A stretch of 64,000 bases of DNA from an uncultured Candidatus Bathyarchaeia archaeon (GCA_964394935.1 CAYMZN010000001.1:55210-119209); one strand, 5' to 3'; counted from the stretch's first letter, positions 29,082 to 39,122 are shown. The notes: generated from the sequence alone by a model not told the origin. Made by a program: numbers and translations.

Positions 29082-29465
29082 CTATGCTGGCACCATGCAG
29101 AGAGACTTCAGGTAAGGCGATTCAGCGCTTCGAAACTGATGTAGCTGATTTGAGGGGATGAAGATAGCGTCTCCAGGACGTATCGGATATTCCCGCTCCT
29201 CGTGCCTCACGAAACCTTCACCTTCTAACACGTAGACCTCGTGTTCCCACTCATGCCTGTATAATGGGGTATTCCCTCCTGGCTCCACGCTGAAATGTCA
29301 CATCATGAACGTCCGGGCGCCCATTGACTTGTCGAGGAAGGCGAATTGAGCGCACTCTTTCGGATAAGCATCACACACCAAGGTGCAGTTTTCTTTTTGT
29401 ATCAAGGAACCCTTAAGAGCTATTGCCAGTGGTACTTGCGGAAGCGACTTTGCGTGATCAATCAT
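29082..29465 (-). pseudogene. cupin-domain paralog interrupted by an in-frame TGA
   Basis: A single frame reads MIDHAKSL...SMGARTFMM-TGA-HFSVEPGGNTPLYRHEWEHEVYVLEGEGFV...PGDAIFIPSNQLHQF. It is co-linear with the cupin at 8343..8768, and the TGA aligns with that paralog's Arg in KFFLRYYSV. Its first codon overlaps the divergent ABC ATPase start. Confidence 0.5.
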
Positions 29466-30477
29466 GAATCAACTCACAATAGAGACCCACCGGCATCCAC
29501 TTAGCGAACCGGTGATAGAAACCTTCGATCTGACCAAGAATTTCGGTCGCTTGGTGGCCGTCGACCACGTAAATCTATCCATCCGTGAAGGCGAAATATT
29601 TGGCCTCCTTGGACCGAACGGTGCGGGAAAGACGACGACGCTTTCGATGCTCGCAACACTGCTCAAACCGACAGACGGCACAGCGAAGGTCAACGGGCAT
29701 GACATACTAAGGAACTCTGACGCGGTGAGAAGATCAATTGGAATCGTCTTTCAAGATCCCAGCAGCGACGACATCCTGACGGGCAGAGAGAATCTGTACC
29801 TACACGCGCTGATGTATGGTGTCGAGAACAGCGTGCGAGAGCTACGTATCAGAGAAGTGCTACGGCTCGTAGACCTCGAGGATAGAGCGAACGGTCAGGT
29901 CAAGACCTATTCTGGAGGCATGAGGCGCCGCCTCGAGCTGGCCCGTGGCCTCCTACACAGACCAAAGATACTTTTCCTAGACGAACCGACCCTTGGACTT
30001 GATCCGCAAACCCGCGAGCATATCTGGCAATATATCCGAAGGCTCGTCGATCAGGAAAGAGTGACCATTATCATAACGACTCATTACATGGACGAAGCAG
30101 AGCACCTGTGTGACAGGGTTGCAATTATCGACGACGGCAAGATAGTTGCGCTCGACACGCCCGAGCGGCTGAAGCAAATCATAGGCGGCGACATTGTTCG
30201 CCTCCGCATCAGGAATCCCAGGCTCAGCCCCATCAAGGAGCTTGCGTACGTCGTGAAGGTTGAGCAGACGGACGGATTTGTTCTGTTGACCGTCAAGGAC
30301 TCAAGTGTACATCTTCAAGAGATCCTTAGCCTAGTGGGAAACGTTGACTCTGTAGAGCTGAGAACCCCTACCCTGAACGATGTGTTCTTGCACTACACGG
30401 GCCACGAGATCAGAGAGGCCGAGGCGGAGGGGGGCTTCTTCGAGCGAACCGCAAGAGCGAGGTCTAACAGAAAATGA
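29464..30477 (+). CDS. ABC-2 type transporter ATP-binding protein
   Basis: Walker A GPNGAGKTT, signature YSGGMRRRLELARGL, Walker B LFLDEPTLGLD. Confidence 0.85.
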   Translation: MNQLTIETHRHPLSEPVIETFDLTKNFGRLVAVDHVNLSIREGEIFGLLGPNGAGKTTTLSMLATLLKPTDGTAKVNGHDILRNSDAVRRSIGIVFQDPSSDDILTGRENLYLHALMYGVENSVRELRIREVLRLVDLEDRANGQVKTYSGGMRRRLELARGLLHRPKILFLDEPTLGLDPQTREHIWQYIRRLVDQERVTIIITTHYMDEAEHLCDRVAIIDDGKIVALDTPERLKQIIGGDIVRLRIRNPRLSPIKELAYVVKVEQTDGFVLLTVKDSSVHLQEILSLVGNVDSVELRTPTLNDVFLHYTGHEIREAEAEGGFFERTARARSNRK

Positions 30478-31220
30478 CAGAACTTGAAGGTCTGTACGCC
30501 CTATGGTATCGTGAGTTCAAAGTCTTCCTTCGAGAGAAGTCCAGGATTGTCTCATCCCTCTTCACTCCTCTGCTCTGGGTAGTCGTTTTCGGAGGAGGAT
30601 TAGGCTCCAGTGTCTCTCTGGGTGGGACCAACTACCAAGTCTTCATCTTCCCAGGCATCCTGACGATGACGATCCTGTTCTCCTCGATATTCTTCGGTCT
30701 CTATATTGTGTGGGACAAGAGGATCGACTTCTTCAAGGAAGTTCTCGTTGCTCCACTGTCACGTCTGACAATCTTTGCGGGAAAGATGCTGGGTGGCTGC
30801 ACAGATGCACTCATTCAAGGCGCTCTAATGCTCGCCTTCGGAGTGGTCCTAGGTGTCTCATACACCTTAGAGACGGTGGCTGCCGCGATGATGTTCATGC
30901 TTGTGCTTGCCTCGGCAACCGTGAGCATCGGACTTGTGATAGGCTCCCGTATGGAGAGCCCCGAAGGTTTCAATCTGATCGTTAGCTTCCTTGTTTTTCC
31001 TCTCTTCTTTCTGAGTGGCGCCCTTTTCCCGATCAGTAACTTGCCGTCCTGGCTTGGCATTTTCACAGTCCTGAATCCCGTTACCTATGCTGTTGACGGA
31101 ATGAGAGGCGTCATGCTAGGCACGTCTGCATTTTCTGTGATCCTAGACTTCGGTGTACTTCTCGCGTTCTCCGCCGGAATGCTCGTGATAGGCTCGATCG
31201 CGTTCAGTCGAATGAAGTAA
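30474..31220 (+). CDS. ABC-2 type transporter permease
   Basis: 248 aa, six predicted TM helices; translationally coupled to the ATPase by an ATGA overlap. Confidence 0.8.
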   Translation: MTELEGLYALWYREFKVFLREKSRIVSSLFTPLLWVVVFGGGLGSSVSLGGTNYQVFIFPGILTMTILFSSIFFGLYIVWDKRIDFFKEVLVAPLSRLTIFAGKMLGGCTDALIQGALMLAFGVVLGVSYTLETVAAAMMFMLVLASATVSIGLVIGSRMESPEGFNLIVSFLVFPLFFLSGALFPISNLPSWLGIFTVLNPVTYAVDGMRGVMLGTSAFSVILDFGVLLAFSAGMLVIGSIAFSRMK

Positions 31221-31355
31221 CGCATCACGCAAGGAATCTACTCAGCACTGTGAGAAACGTCATCTCGGTTTCAGGCAAACTTTAACTGCTCGCGCCGTTT
31301 GACAATGGTGCTTCCGCGAATGAATGAAGATGCATGAACACATAGGTGCCGCAGA

Positions 31356-34094
31356 TTGCCACGGTTGAAAGGATTGCGATCAGCTCTGGGGCCATACATC
31401 GGCCGTGGGGTATTGGCAGAAAGAGTTCGGGCGATTCGCAAGGCTGCTTCCGGGATCTCGCGTGGCCGTGTTCTGGAGATCGGCGTCCTATCGCTGGTGT
31501 TCGTCGTAGCATTGGCCGTCCGGCTTCTTCCTCTGAGATTCGGGTTCTACCTGTCGGAGTTTGACCCGTATCTTCAATGGCGGATGGCTGAGTACATTGT
31601 GAAAAACGGTTTTGTTGCGTGGTTCAGCTGGCATGACACGATGAGCTGGTACCCCTGGGGGATGAATATGGCCCAGGGCAACCTCTACGGAGTAGCCTTC
31701 ACTGTAGCAGCTGTTTACATGTTCCTGCATGCAATTGGTGTGCAAGCAACTGTTTTCGAAGTCACGGTACTGTTTCCAGTAGTCGCAGGCGCCCTCACGT
31801 CGATCGCATGCTACTTCCTCGGCAAGGATCTGTGGGGCCGCGGAGCAGGCCTATTGACTGCCCTCTTTATGGCGCTGAATCCGAGCAATATTAGCCGCAC
31901 AACACTGGGCTTCCTTCGACATGAGCCGCTCGGAATATTCCTGATGGTTCTGGTCTTCATCTTCTTCCTTCGCGCAAATCAGAAGGGACGAAGCTCCAGG
32001 AGCACGATCACATACTCGATCCTTGCAGGCCTCACATTGTTCTACTTGGCGGCAACATGGGCCGCATCATACTATCCAATGGACCTGATCGTCCTCTATG
32101 CAGCAGTCCTTGTCTTGACCGGTAGGTATACACGTCAGCTTCTCTTCTCCTACGCGACGACTTACGGTATCTTCCTGTTCTTGACACCGCTAGCTGTGCC
32201 GAAAACCGGGTTTGGAACACTGACAAGCCTGAGCTTCCTAGTCATCCCAGGCGTCGCGCTTCTCCTACTTGCACGCGAAGCCGGTAGCCAGCTTCCATCT
32301 TGGAGGTCGAGAGCCTACGCCCTTGCTGTTGCATCTGCGGTACTTGTGGGATTGGCGTATGCGCTCGTTACCTTGAAAATAATGGATCTACCTACTGGCA
32401 AGTTCCTGTCAACTCTCAACCCCTTCACGCGCCTTGACATGCCGATCGTCCAGAGCGTATCTGAGCACAGACCAGCGACGTGGGCGTCATTCTTCTACGA
32501 ATACAACACACTCACCTTTCTTGGTCTATTCGGGTTTTTCTTCATAATTCGTCGCCTTCGTGATACGGACATTTTCCTCGTACTGGCGGTCCTCACCTCG
32601 CTTTACTTCTCGGGATCACTCGTGCGACTCACGCTCATACTCGCGCCCGCATTCTCACTCCTAGCAGCAATCGCAACCGTAGAGATGGCCAAACCTGCAG
32701 TTGACATACTTCGCCAAGCGGTCATATTCCCGAAGAGGAGAATCCCTGGCCTCGTCAGGATCGGCAGAGAATTCGGCCTAGCCATGCTCCTAATCTTGAT
32801 AATTGCAATTATCCCTGCTTTCTCGAAAGCAATAGCAGCGGCATATGCGCCAGCAACAATCGTGACATCCAGCATTCCGGCGTTGCCAGCTGAAGGCACG
32901 AAGTACGATGACTGGCTTCAGGCACTTGCTTGGATTCGTGACAATACACCTCGGTCATCCGTGGTCATGGCTTGGTGGGACTATGGATACTGGATGACTG
33001 CACTTGCTGATCGTAGGACCCTAGCTGACAATGGAACACAGAACACGACGCAGATCGCAATGATTGCGCAGATGTTCATGCGAAACGAGACAACGGCCAT
33101 CCCGATGATGCAGAGGTACAATGTCTCTTACGTGACAGTTTTCGTGACGTACGCACGCACACAAGGGCAGAGCAGTCCAAGCTTCCTCGGTGCCGGCGAA
33201 GATGGTAAATGGTACTGGATGGTTCGCATTGCCAATCAGACTAGCTATGGCAACGAAACGATCCTATTTCAGGAGAAGAGAGCCCAGACGGAAGTCACCT
33301 ACTACAGGGTACTGAAGAATGGGGATAAGGTGGTTGCCAACGAGACGATCTCAGCTGGACAGCAGCTCAGAGACAACTCCATCTTGGGATTCATGATGAA
33401 CACAGGTGTGGGAATCTCTCAAGCGACCTCAAACTATTTCGACCGCGTCTTCACATCATCGAACAACTTCGTCCTAGTCTACAAGGTGCTGTATCCGAAG
33501 ACCACGATCGTGACCATCAGCATAGACAAGAACAGGGTGAAGTACGGGGAAAGTGTTCACATAACAGGAACAGTCACGGACGATGAGGGAAACCCCTACA
33601 GAACCGGAACGGTCACACTACAGGACTCGATTCAAGTCGGAGTATGGGATAACGTCGCAGCGGTCAACGTGGTCGACGGCAAGTTCACTTACGATTGGAC
33701 ACCGCCCGCAGGCAACCATTCCGTGCGCGTGTCTTGGAGCGGTACGAAAGGAGAGTCCCTTCCCGCGGTGAGCAGTAGTGTCCAGCTCTTCGTTGAAGCC
33801 AAGACCGTCACATTGGCCATTTCTCTCTCAAACTACAATGTGACCCTTGGAGAGAACGTTACGATCTCGCTGAGATTGTCCGAAAGACTCTCGAATGGCA
33901 CATTCACAATAGAATACAGTACGGACAACGCGACTTGGCTGAATCTTGCAACAGCCGAGCCCAAGAACGGCACTGCGGACTATTTGTGGGAGCCTGCGAA
34001 GGCTGGGACTCTTTACATTCGGGCAAACTACTCAGGATCTGGAAACTTCGGACCCGCCACTAGCGGCGTAGCCGTACTGTACGCGAAGCCATAG
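31356..34094 (+). CDS. aglB: archaeal oligosaccharyltransferase AglB (STT3 family)
   Basis: Multi-TM N-terminal domain, the hallmark WWDYGYWM motif, and a long C-terminal beta-rich region with Ig-like repeats. Confidence 0.85.
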   Translation: MPRLKGLRSALGPYIGRGVLAERVRAIRKAASGISRGRVLEIGVLSLVFVVALAVRLLPLRFGFYLSEFDPYLQWRMAEYIVKNGFVAWFSWHDTMSWYPWGMNMAQGNLYGVAFTVAAVYMFLHAIGVQATVFEVTVLFPVVAGALTSIACYFLGKDLWGRGAGLLTALFMALNPSNISRTTLGFLRHEPLGIFLMVLVFIFFLRANQKGRSSRSTITYSILAGLTLFYLAATWAASYYPMDLIVLYAAVLVLTGRYTRQLLFSYATTYGIFLFLTPLAVPKTGFGTLTSLSFLVIPGVALLLLAREAGSQLPSWRSRAYALAVASAVLVGLAYALVTLKIMDLPTGKFLSTLNPFTRLDMPIVQSVSEHRPATWASFFYEYNTLTFLGLFGFFFIIRRLRDTDIFLVLAVLTSLYFSGSLVRLTLILAPAFSLLAAIATVEMAKPAVDILRQAVIFPKRRIPGLVRIGREFGLAMLLILIIAIIPAFSKAIAAAYAPATIVTSSIPALPAEGTKYDDWLQALAWIRDNTPRSSVVMAWWDYGYWMTALADRRTLADNGTQNTTQIAMIAQMFMRNETTAIPMMQRYNVSYVTVFVTYARTQGQSSPSFLGAGEDGKWYWMVRIANQTSYGNETILFQEKRAQTEVTYYRVLKNGDKVVANETISAGQQLRDNSILGFMMNTGVGISQATSNYFDRVFTSSNNFVLVYKVLYPKTTIVTISIDKNRVKYGESVHITGTVTDDEGNPYRTGTVTLQDSIQVGVWDNVAAVNVVDGKFTYDWTPPAGNHSVRVSWSGTKGESLPAVSSSVQLFVEAKTVTLAISLSNYNVTLGENVTISLRLSERLSNGTFTIEYSTDNATWLNLATAEPKNGTADYLWEPAKAGTLYIRANYSGSGNFGPATSGVAVLYAKP

Positions 34095-34127
34095 CGGATC
34101 GATTACTCTCCGACAGGGGACCGACTA

Positions 34128-34286
34128 CTAGGGCGCCTGCCCTGCCCGTTGCCGCAGTCTAGCATATTTATCGGTCGGAGAGAACTTCGCCGGGTGCGCA
34201 ATCATGGTCTCTGCGTCACAGTCAAGGCACTTGCTCTTCAGCGTGTAGCGACCACACCTCTGACACTTGCGTATCTGCCACTTCAA
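34128..34286 (-). CDS. nop10: H/ACA ribonucleoprotein subunit Nop10
   Basis: Below the ORF-track length cutoff. Translation: MKWQIRKCQRCGRYTLKSKCLDCDAETMIAHPAKFSPTDKYARLRQRAGQAP, with the Nop10 Zn-ribbon and a conserved HP..FSP.DKY pattern. TTG start overlaps the aIF2-alpha TGA stop (TTGA). In the expected position of the conserved L44e-S27e-aIF2a-Nop10 cluster. Confidence 0.7.
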   Translation of the reverse strand: MKWQIRKCQRCGRYTLKSKCLDCDAETMIAHPAKFSPTDKYARLRQRAGQAP

Positions 34287-35062
34287 CTGACCTTGCGCCC
34301 TTCGCCGCTGAGGCTTTTCAAAGTGTTAGCAGCTTCTTCAACCGCGGAAGCAAGTGTCGCTTCGGCCTCGGAGTACTCACGTGCCGTCGCCTCGATCCTG
34401 TATCGTGGCGCCCCAATCGCATATATTCGAATACTCGCGCCCTTGGGCTTCTTGACTTTCTTCGCATTAGACAAGGCGGTTCGGATCGCCTCGATTCCTT
34501 CGGGGGCTCTACAGGTGAGCTCGACTGTTGCGGTGAGCGTCGCCTTCTCCAGCTTGATCTTGCTCTTCGCCACTTCGGTCAGCGCGGCAGCCCATTCTGG
34601 TGGAACTTCAAGTTTTGTGAAGACTTGTTCACCTTCCTCGACGGCTTCCTGGAACACTTCGTAGGGGTTCTCCAACCTCTCGTATAGGAGAAGGCGAATT
34701 TTTTCGGTCGCCCCACTGTCGGCCTTCAGGCGTTCACCGGCACCCTTGATTATCGAGTCGGCTTTCTTCGCCCTCTTCCACTCGAGCATCTTGTCTGTCT
34801 TTTCTCGGCCCGTTACTCGGCGAAGTGAAAGGTCAACTTGGGCGCGTTCGCGATCTACGCGGAGAACCTTAAGAACGAGCTTTTGGCCTTCACGGACGTG
34901 CTCGCGGATGTTCTTCACCCACGTTGTCGAAATCTCTGAGATGTGAACAAGGCCCTCAATCCCTTCGTACTCATCCAGCCTTACGTAGGCGCCGTAGTCG
35001 ACGACTCGTTTCACAGTGGCGATCGCGAGATCCCCAACATCCGGATAGGCCGGAACGGACAA
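34283..35062 (-). CDS. eif2a: translation initiation factor 2 alpha subunit (aIF2-alpha)
   Basis: N-terminal S1 domain (GDLAIATVKRVVDYGAYVRL.EYEGIEGLVHISE) with helical and alpha-beta C-domains. Confidence 0.85.
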   Translation of the reverse strand: MSVPAYPDVGDLAIATVKRVVDYGAYVRLDEYEGIEGLVHISEISTTWVKNIREHVREGQKLVLKVLRVDRERAQVDLSLRRVTGREKTDKMLEWKRAKKADSIIKGAGERLKADSGATEKIRLLLYERLENPYEVFQEAVEEGEQVFTKLEVPPEWAAALTEVAKSKIKLEKATLTATVELTCRAPEGIEAIRTALSNAKKVKKPKGASIRIYAIGAPRYRIEATAREYSEAEATLASAVEEAANTLKSLSGEGRKVS

Positions 35063-35094
35063 AATGACTAGACTCCTACCTCAAGTCATAGAGG

Positions 35095-35301
35095 TCAGCC
35101 GAGAACTTGCGTGACCTCACCCTTGATCTTCGCTTTTCCCCCTTGCGTCTCAAGCAAGATGTCTTCGCAGACATTGCACTTCACTTGGGCGGAAGCTCGG
35201 TCAAAGACCACCTGTTCGTTCCCGCATTTCGTACACTTCACCTTCAAGAAGTTGCTTGCGGGCTTGGGAATGGGCTCTTTCCTGACCATACTCGATCTCA
35301 C
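35095..35301 (-). CDS. rps27e: 30S ribosomal protein S27e
   Basis: C4 zinc finger VKCTKCGNEQVVF...VKCNVCEDIL and a GGKA C-terminus. Confidence 0.85.
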   Translation of the reverse strand: MRSSMVRKEPIPKPASNFLKVKCTKCGNEQVVFDRASAQVKCNVCEDILLETQGGKAKIKGEVTQVLG

Positions 35302-35576
35302 GCTCCAACCTCAAGCTTGCGGAGTCGTATGCCAAGCCTGTAGACCGTTTGACTGCATTTCCTGCATGTCAACCGCAATAGCTGTTTCTTTGTAGTCTTG
35401 GCCGTCCGTTTCAGTTCCGGCCACTTCTGGCCGCCATACCCGTGCTTCTCGCGCTCATGGCGCCTTGCACCAGCGGAGAGGGCACGCTCCTTGCCCTTCT
35501 TGTATATCGAGACAACGTGCTCAGTATGGCTTCTGCATTTTGGACAGTAAGTCGTAATTGCCTTGGGGAACTTCAT
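35298..35576 (-). CDS. rpl44e: 50S ribosomal protein L44e
   Basis: MKFPKAITTYCPKCRSHTEH..YKKGK...GYGG pattern. Start set at the MKFPK Met; the ORF track's alternative-start extension is unlikely. Confidence 0.8.
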   Translation of the reverse strand: MKFPKAITTYCPKCRSHTEHVVSIYKKGKERALSAGARRHEREKHGYGGQKWPELKRTAKTTKKQLLRLTCRKCSQTVYRLGIRLRKLEVGA

Positions 35577-35832
35577 CGAAGTCACGCGGCCCCTAACCCA
35601 ACCACGCGTCGTATTTATGAGTTCCTCGGCCAACTCATGCGTTTCTGAAAGTGGGACCTCTCAGATTGCAAGGCCGTGGCATGGCATCCCAACTCACGTC
35701 AACGTTCCCGAATATCGGAGGGAAAGGCCCCGTTCGTATTAAGAGGAGGGAGCTTTCCACGAACGAAATCACGACTGAGATAGCACCGAAGGCACTTGCG
35801 ACAGCTTGTTCTGTGGTGCGTATGGGTAACCA

Positions 35833-36507
35833 CTAGACCATTATGTCCACCGATCTGACGAATTGAACTCCTTTCTCCACCATAGTATCTAGTGCGTTGG
35901 ATAGGTGGCCCGGCGGCGAGTCGATGGCCTTTGTGAGGTCGACCGGAACAACCACCTCAAAATGCAGATCCCTACCATCCTTGGCTGAATAATAGATGCA
36001 ATAATCCAACGCGAGTCCGCAGAGGAAGATCCGCTTCTTGCCTAGCGTCTCAAGATAGCCGGAGAGGCCCGTAGGCGTTCTCTTGTCATTTTCAATGAAT
36101 GTTGAATAGCTGTCTATCGCCATATGGTAGCCCTTCCGGACAATGGCATTGGCGAATTCCGCCTGGATCTGGGGATGAAACTCTGCCCCGAGCGATCCTT
36201 GAACGCAATGATCGGGCCAGAGAATCGGGCCTATCCCGTTGGACTCGTACGAATCGTACGGTTTCATGCTGTGGCTGCTGGCAAACGAAAGATGACCTGC
36301 AGGATGCCAATCCTGCGTCATGACAACAACGTTACCCCGACGATGGAACCTTTCACCAAGGAGGTTTATGGGATCAATTATCTCATCCGCTTTCCTGACT
36401 GCGAGGGCGCCCTCGGGCATGAAATCGTTCTGTATGTCAACGATGACGAGCGCGTCCGTATTCTCTATTGAGACGCTTTCGAGCAGACTCAGTTCCTCAA
36501 GACGCAT
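35833..36507 (-). CDS. isochorismatase-family hydrolase (nicotinamidase/pyrazinamidase-like)
   Basis: ALVIVDIQNDF, DWHP..H.SF and the catalytic-Cys region LCGLALDYC. Start chosen at MRLEEL. Confidence 0.65.
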   Translation of the reverse strand: MRLEELSLLESVSIENTDALVIVDIQNDFMPEGALAVRKADEIIDPINLLGERFHRRGNVVVMTQDWHPAGHLSFASSHSMKPYDSYESNGIGPILWPDHCVQGSLGAEFHPQIQAEFANAIVRKGYHMAIDSYSTFIENDKRTPTGLSGYLETLGKKRIFLCGLALDYCIYYSAKDGRDLHFEVVVPVDLTKAIDSPPGHLSNALDTMVEKGVQFVRSVDIMV

Positions 36508-36770
36508 CGGGGGGACCACATGTAGGGATCTGCAGACAACACCAGAGAACCAAAAAGTTTGTGCCATGAACTCAGCAAGCAGCCCCGAATCCGGCTGCAT
36601 AGGATATCAAACCAACGTAAACTTGAGATTGACGACGCTAAGACGATCGTTTTGTGTTGAATGACGCCTACTATTCTTCGATAGAATCGGGCGGCATGGA
36701 TTATGGCAATGAACCTAGGGGTCATCTCCCACTCTTTCCACGCGTAGCAATATATGGCCTGATGGAATGA

Positions 36771-38759
36771 ATGGGATCATACTACCCGGATTGGTGGGGC
36801 CCAATGAGACTGGATGATTCGCCTCAACGAAAATACCTATCAGAGCAGATCCGGTCGATCGCAGTCGTCTCTTTGTATGCCGACGGATTTGAGAGACTGA
36901 CCCCGAGACAACGTGTGCTGGCCTACTACCTTGCCCAAGCGGGCCTTGCAGGAGACGACATCTATACAGACCAGATATCTGCATACGGTCTCAGGCTGAC
37001 AGATCTTCTAGATAACCTAGTCGGTCATCTGGATGAAATCGATTCCGAGCTTGGTGCCAAGATCTCAGACTATGCGAAACTTGTTTGGATTCATCACGGA
37101 AACTATGATCTCGATAGCTACCGTAAGTTCACACCTGACTTTACTTTCGAGCAGCTGAAGGAGGTCGCCCTCGCGGCCTGGAAAAGAGGGGCAAGGTTTG
37201 GTCTTCGTGACAAGAAACAACTCAATGAGGCCCTGGTTGGCCTTCGTGATTCCATATTCAATCCCGACTACAAGCCCATGCTTACGGTCAAGAATCCCCC
37301 GGCTGGGCACGACGTCATCTCGGCAAGCAGCTGCAACTTCTACGACAACGTCACACTGCAAGAAGTTCAGTCCTTCAAAGAACGGTACAAACTGAACTCT
37401 CGCGTTGCAAAATTCAGAGGGAAACTTGTCGAACAGCCGTACAGAGCAGGAACGCCGGATGGTAAGGTTCGGCCTGGGCGTTACGCAAAGCAACTCAGAA
37501 GGATGATCTCGTTCATCCAACTAGCGATTCGCCGCGCCGATCCAGAACAGAGGGCTGTGCTCAGGAAGCTGATCAGATTCTACAGGACTGGTTTTGAAAA
37601 GGACTGGTTGGACTACAACATAGCATGGGTCAAGCTGAATCCTACGGTTGACATGATCTCGGGCTTCGTCGAGACCTATCTGGATCCAAGAAATGCAAAA
37701 GGGAGCTTCGAGACAATCGTCTCGTTCGTGGATCCAGAAGCTACGAGACTGATGCAGCGTCTAGCCGAGAATGCCGAGTACTTTGAGATGCATGCACCTT
37801 GGAAGGACGAGTACAAGAAGCGAGATTTCAAGCCTCCCGTCGCGAACGCCATCAATGTCTTAGTGGCAACCGGGGACGGCGGACCATTCTGTCCCGGCGG
37901 GATCAATCTGCCGAACGAGCAGGCGATCAGAGAGAAGTATGGAACCAAGAGTGTCCTGTTGAACAATATCATGCATGCTGCGGCGGCGGCCATTGGCGAG
38001 AAGGCGGCCGTTGAATTCTCTTCGTCCGAAGAAGAGCGCGTACGAGCAGTGAAGCATCGTTTGAGGGCTAGAGACTTGCTTGTTGCGCTGCATGAGATCG
38101 TTGGGCACGGATCTGGGAAGGTGAGTGAAAGGCTCAAGGAAGATCCCCATGCATACTTGAAGGAGTACTATTCTACATTGGAAGAATGTCGAGCAGATCT
38201 TGTCGCCCTGTGGAGCTTTTGGGATCCGAAACTGGCCGAGATCGGCGTCACGAACCATCAAGAAGTCGCAAAGGCTGGATACGATGCATACGTCCGCTCA
38301 GCCTTGGTTCTACTCAATCGGTATTCTGACTCATTGACGATTGAGGAGGACCACGATCGCGCGACTCAACTGATAATCAATTACACAATGCACCGAAATG
38401 GTTCGATCCAACAGATCGAGAAGAATTCGAAGATCTTTCTCAGGGTGAGAGACCATACGGCGATGCGCGACGCCGTTGGCGAGCTGCTATCTGAACTCAT
38501 GCGGATAAAGGCCGAAGGTGATTATGACTCGATAAAGAAACTCGTTGTTGAGCACGCGGTCAGAGTCAACACTTCCTGGCGGGACCAAGTGGTAGAGCGC
38601 TGCAAGCGGATCAATCTCCCGAAGAAAGCGGCCTTCATAATGCCAATCCTGAAGCCGATACACGACAAACGGGGTCGAATCATCGACGCAGGGCTCCGCT
38701 ACCCCGAAAGCTTCACAGAGCTCCAGCTACACCTGTTCAAGCAGAAGAGGAATCCGTGA
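36771..38759 (+). CDS. M49-family metallopeptidase (dipeptidyl-peptidase III-like)
   Basis: Both M49 signature motifs are present, HEIVGH (HExxGH) and EECRAD (EExRAE/D), about 40 residues apart. Confidence 0.7.
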   Translation: MGSYYPDWWGPMRLDDSPQRKYLSEQIRSIAVVSLYADGFERLTPRQRVLAYYLAQAGLAGDDIYTDQISAYGLRLTDLLDNLVGHLDEIDSELGAKISDYAKLVWIHHGNYDLDSYRKFTPDFTFEQLKEVALAAWKRGARFGLRDKKQLNEALVGLRDSIFNPDYKPMLTVKNPPAGHDVISASSCNFYDNVTLQEVQSFKERYKLNSRVAKFRGKLVEQPYRAGTPDGKVRPGRYAKQLRRMISFIQLAIRRADPEQRAVLRKLIRFYRTGFEKDWLDYNIAWVKLNPTVDMISGFVETYLDPRNAKGSFETIVSFVDPEATRLMQRLAENAEYFEMHAPWKDEYKKRDFKPPVANAINVLVATGDGGPFCPGGINLPNEQAIREKYGTKSVLLNNIMHAAAAAIGEKAAVEFSSSEEERVRAVKHRLRARDLLVALHEIVGHGSGKVSERLKEDPHAYLKEYYSTLEECRADLVALWSFWDPKLAEIGVTNHQEVAKAGYDAYVRSALVLLNRYSDSLTIEEDHDRATQLIINYTMHRNGSIQQIEKNSKIFLRVRDHTAMRDAVGELLSELMRIKAEGDYDSIKKLVVEHAVRVNTSWRDQVVERCKRINLPKKAAFIMPILKPIHDKRGRIIDAGLRYPESFTELQLHLFKQKRNP

Positions 38760-39122
38760 TCACTGGATTCTTGATGCTTGGTCTGGGCAACCATAATCTC
38801 GCAGGTATGCCAACCAGGAGAGCCTTCACATCGGCTTGATCAGATGGTGCTCCGGGCGGGAATTTCCTAGCACTTTTGAAGCGCTATTTTGAACCCGCGA
38901 TCAACGGCTTTCCTCGGCTTGGCCGCGAAAGGCCGCTATGCTTTCGGCCACTTTGGCTAACCGGGCTACACTCGGCAGAGCTTGACTTCCACCGGAGCCC
39001 CGAGGCATCGGAGCATACTTGAGACCCGCATGGTGTCAATTAACGTTTTTCGCGCGGAATGCAGAGGGGCAGTAAGACGGGCTATCGGGGATTGTGATGC
39101 CATACTTGGACTTTAGCTCTTC

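Noticed and set aside
28891-29115. 74-aa plus-strand ORF between the P-loop kinase and the cupin pseudogene
   Set aside because: It has no motif and overlaps the 3' end of the cupin paralog. It is kept as unsupported.
29300-29310. In-frame TGA in the cupin paralog as possible selenocysteine
   Set aside because: The codon aligns with an Arg of the intact paralog, no SECIS-like hairpin is apparent immediately downstream, and cupins are not known selenoproteins.
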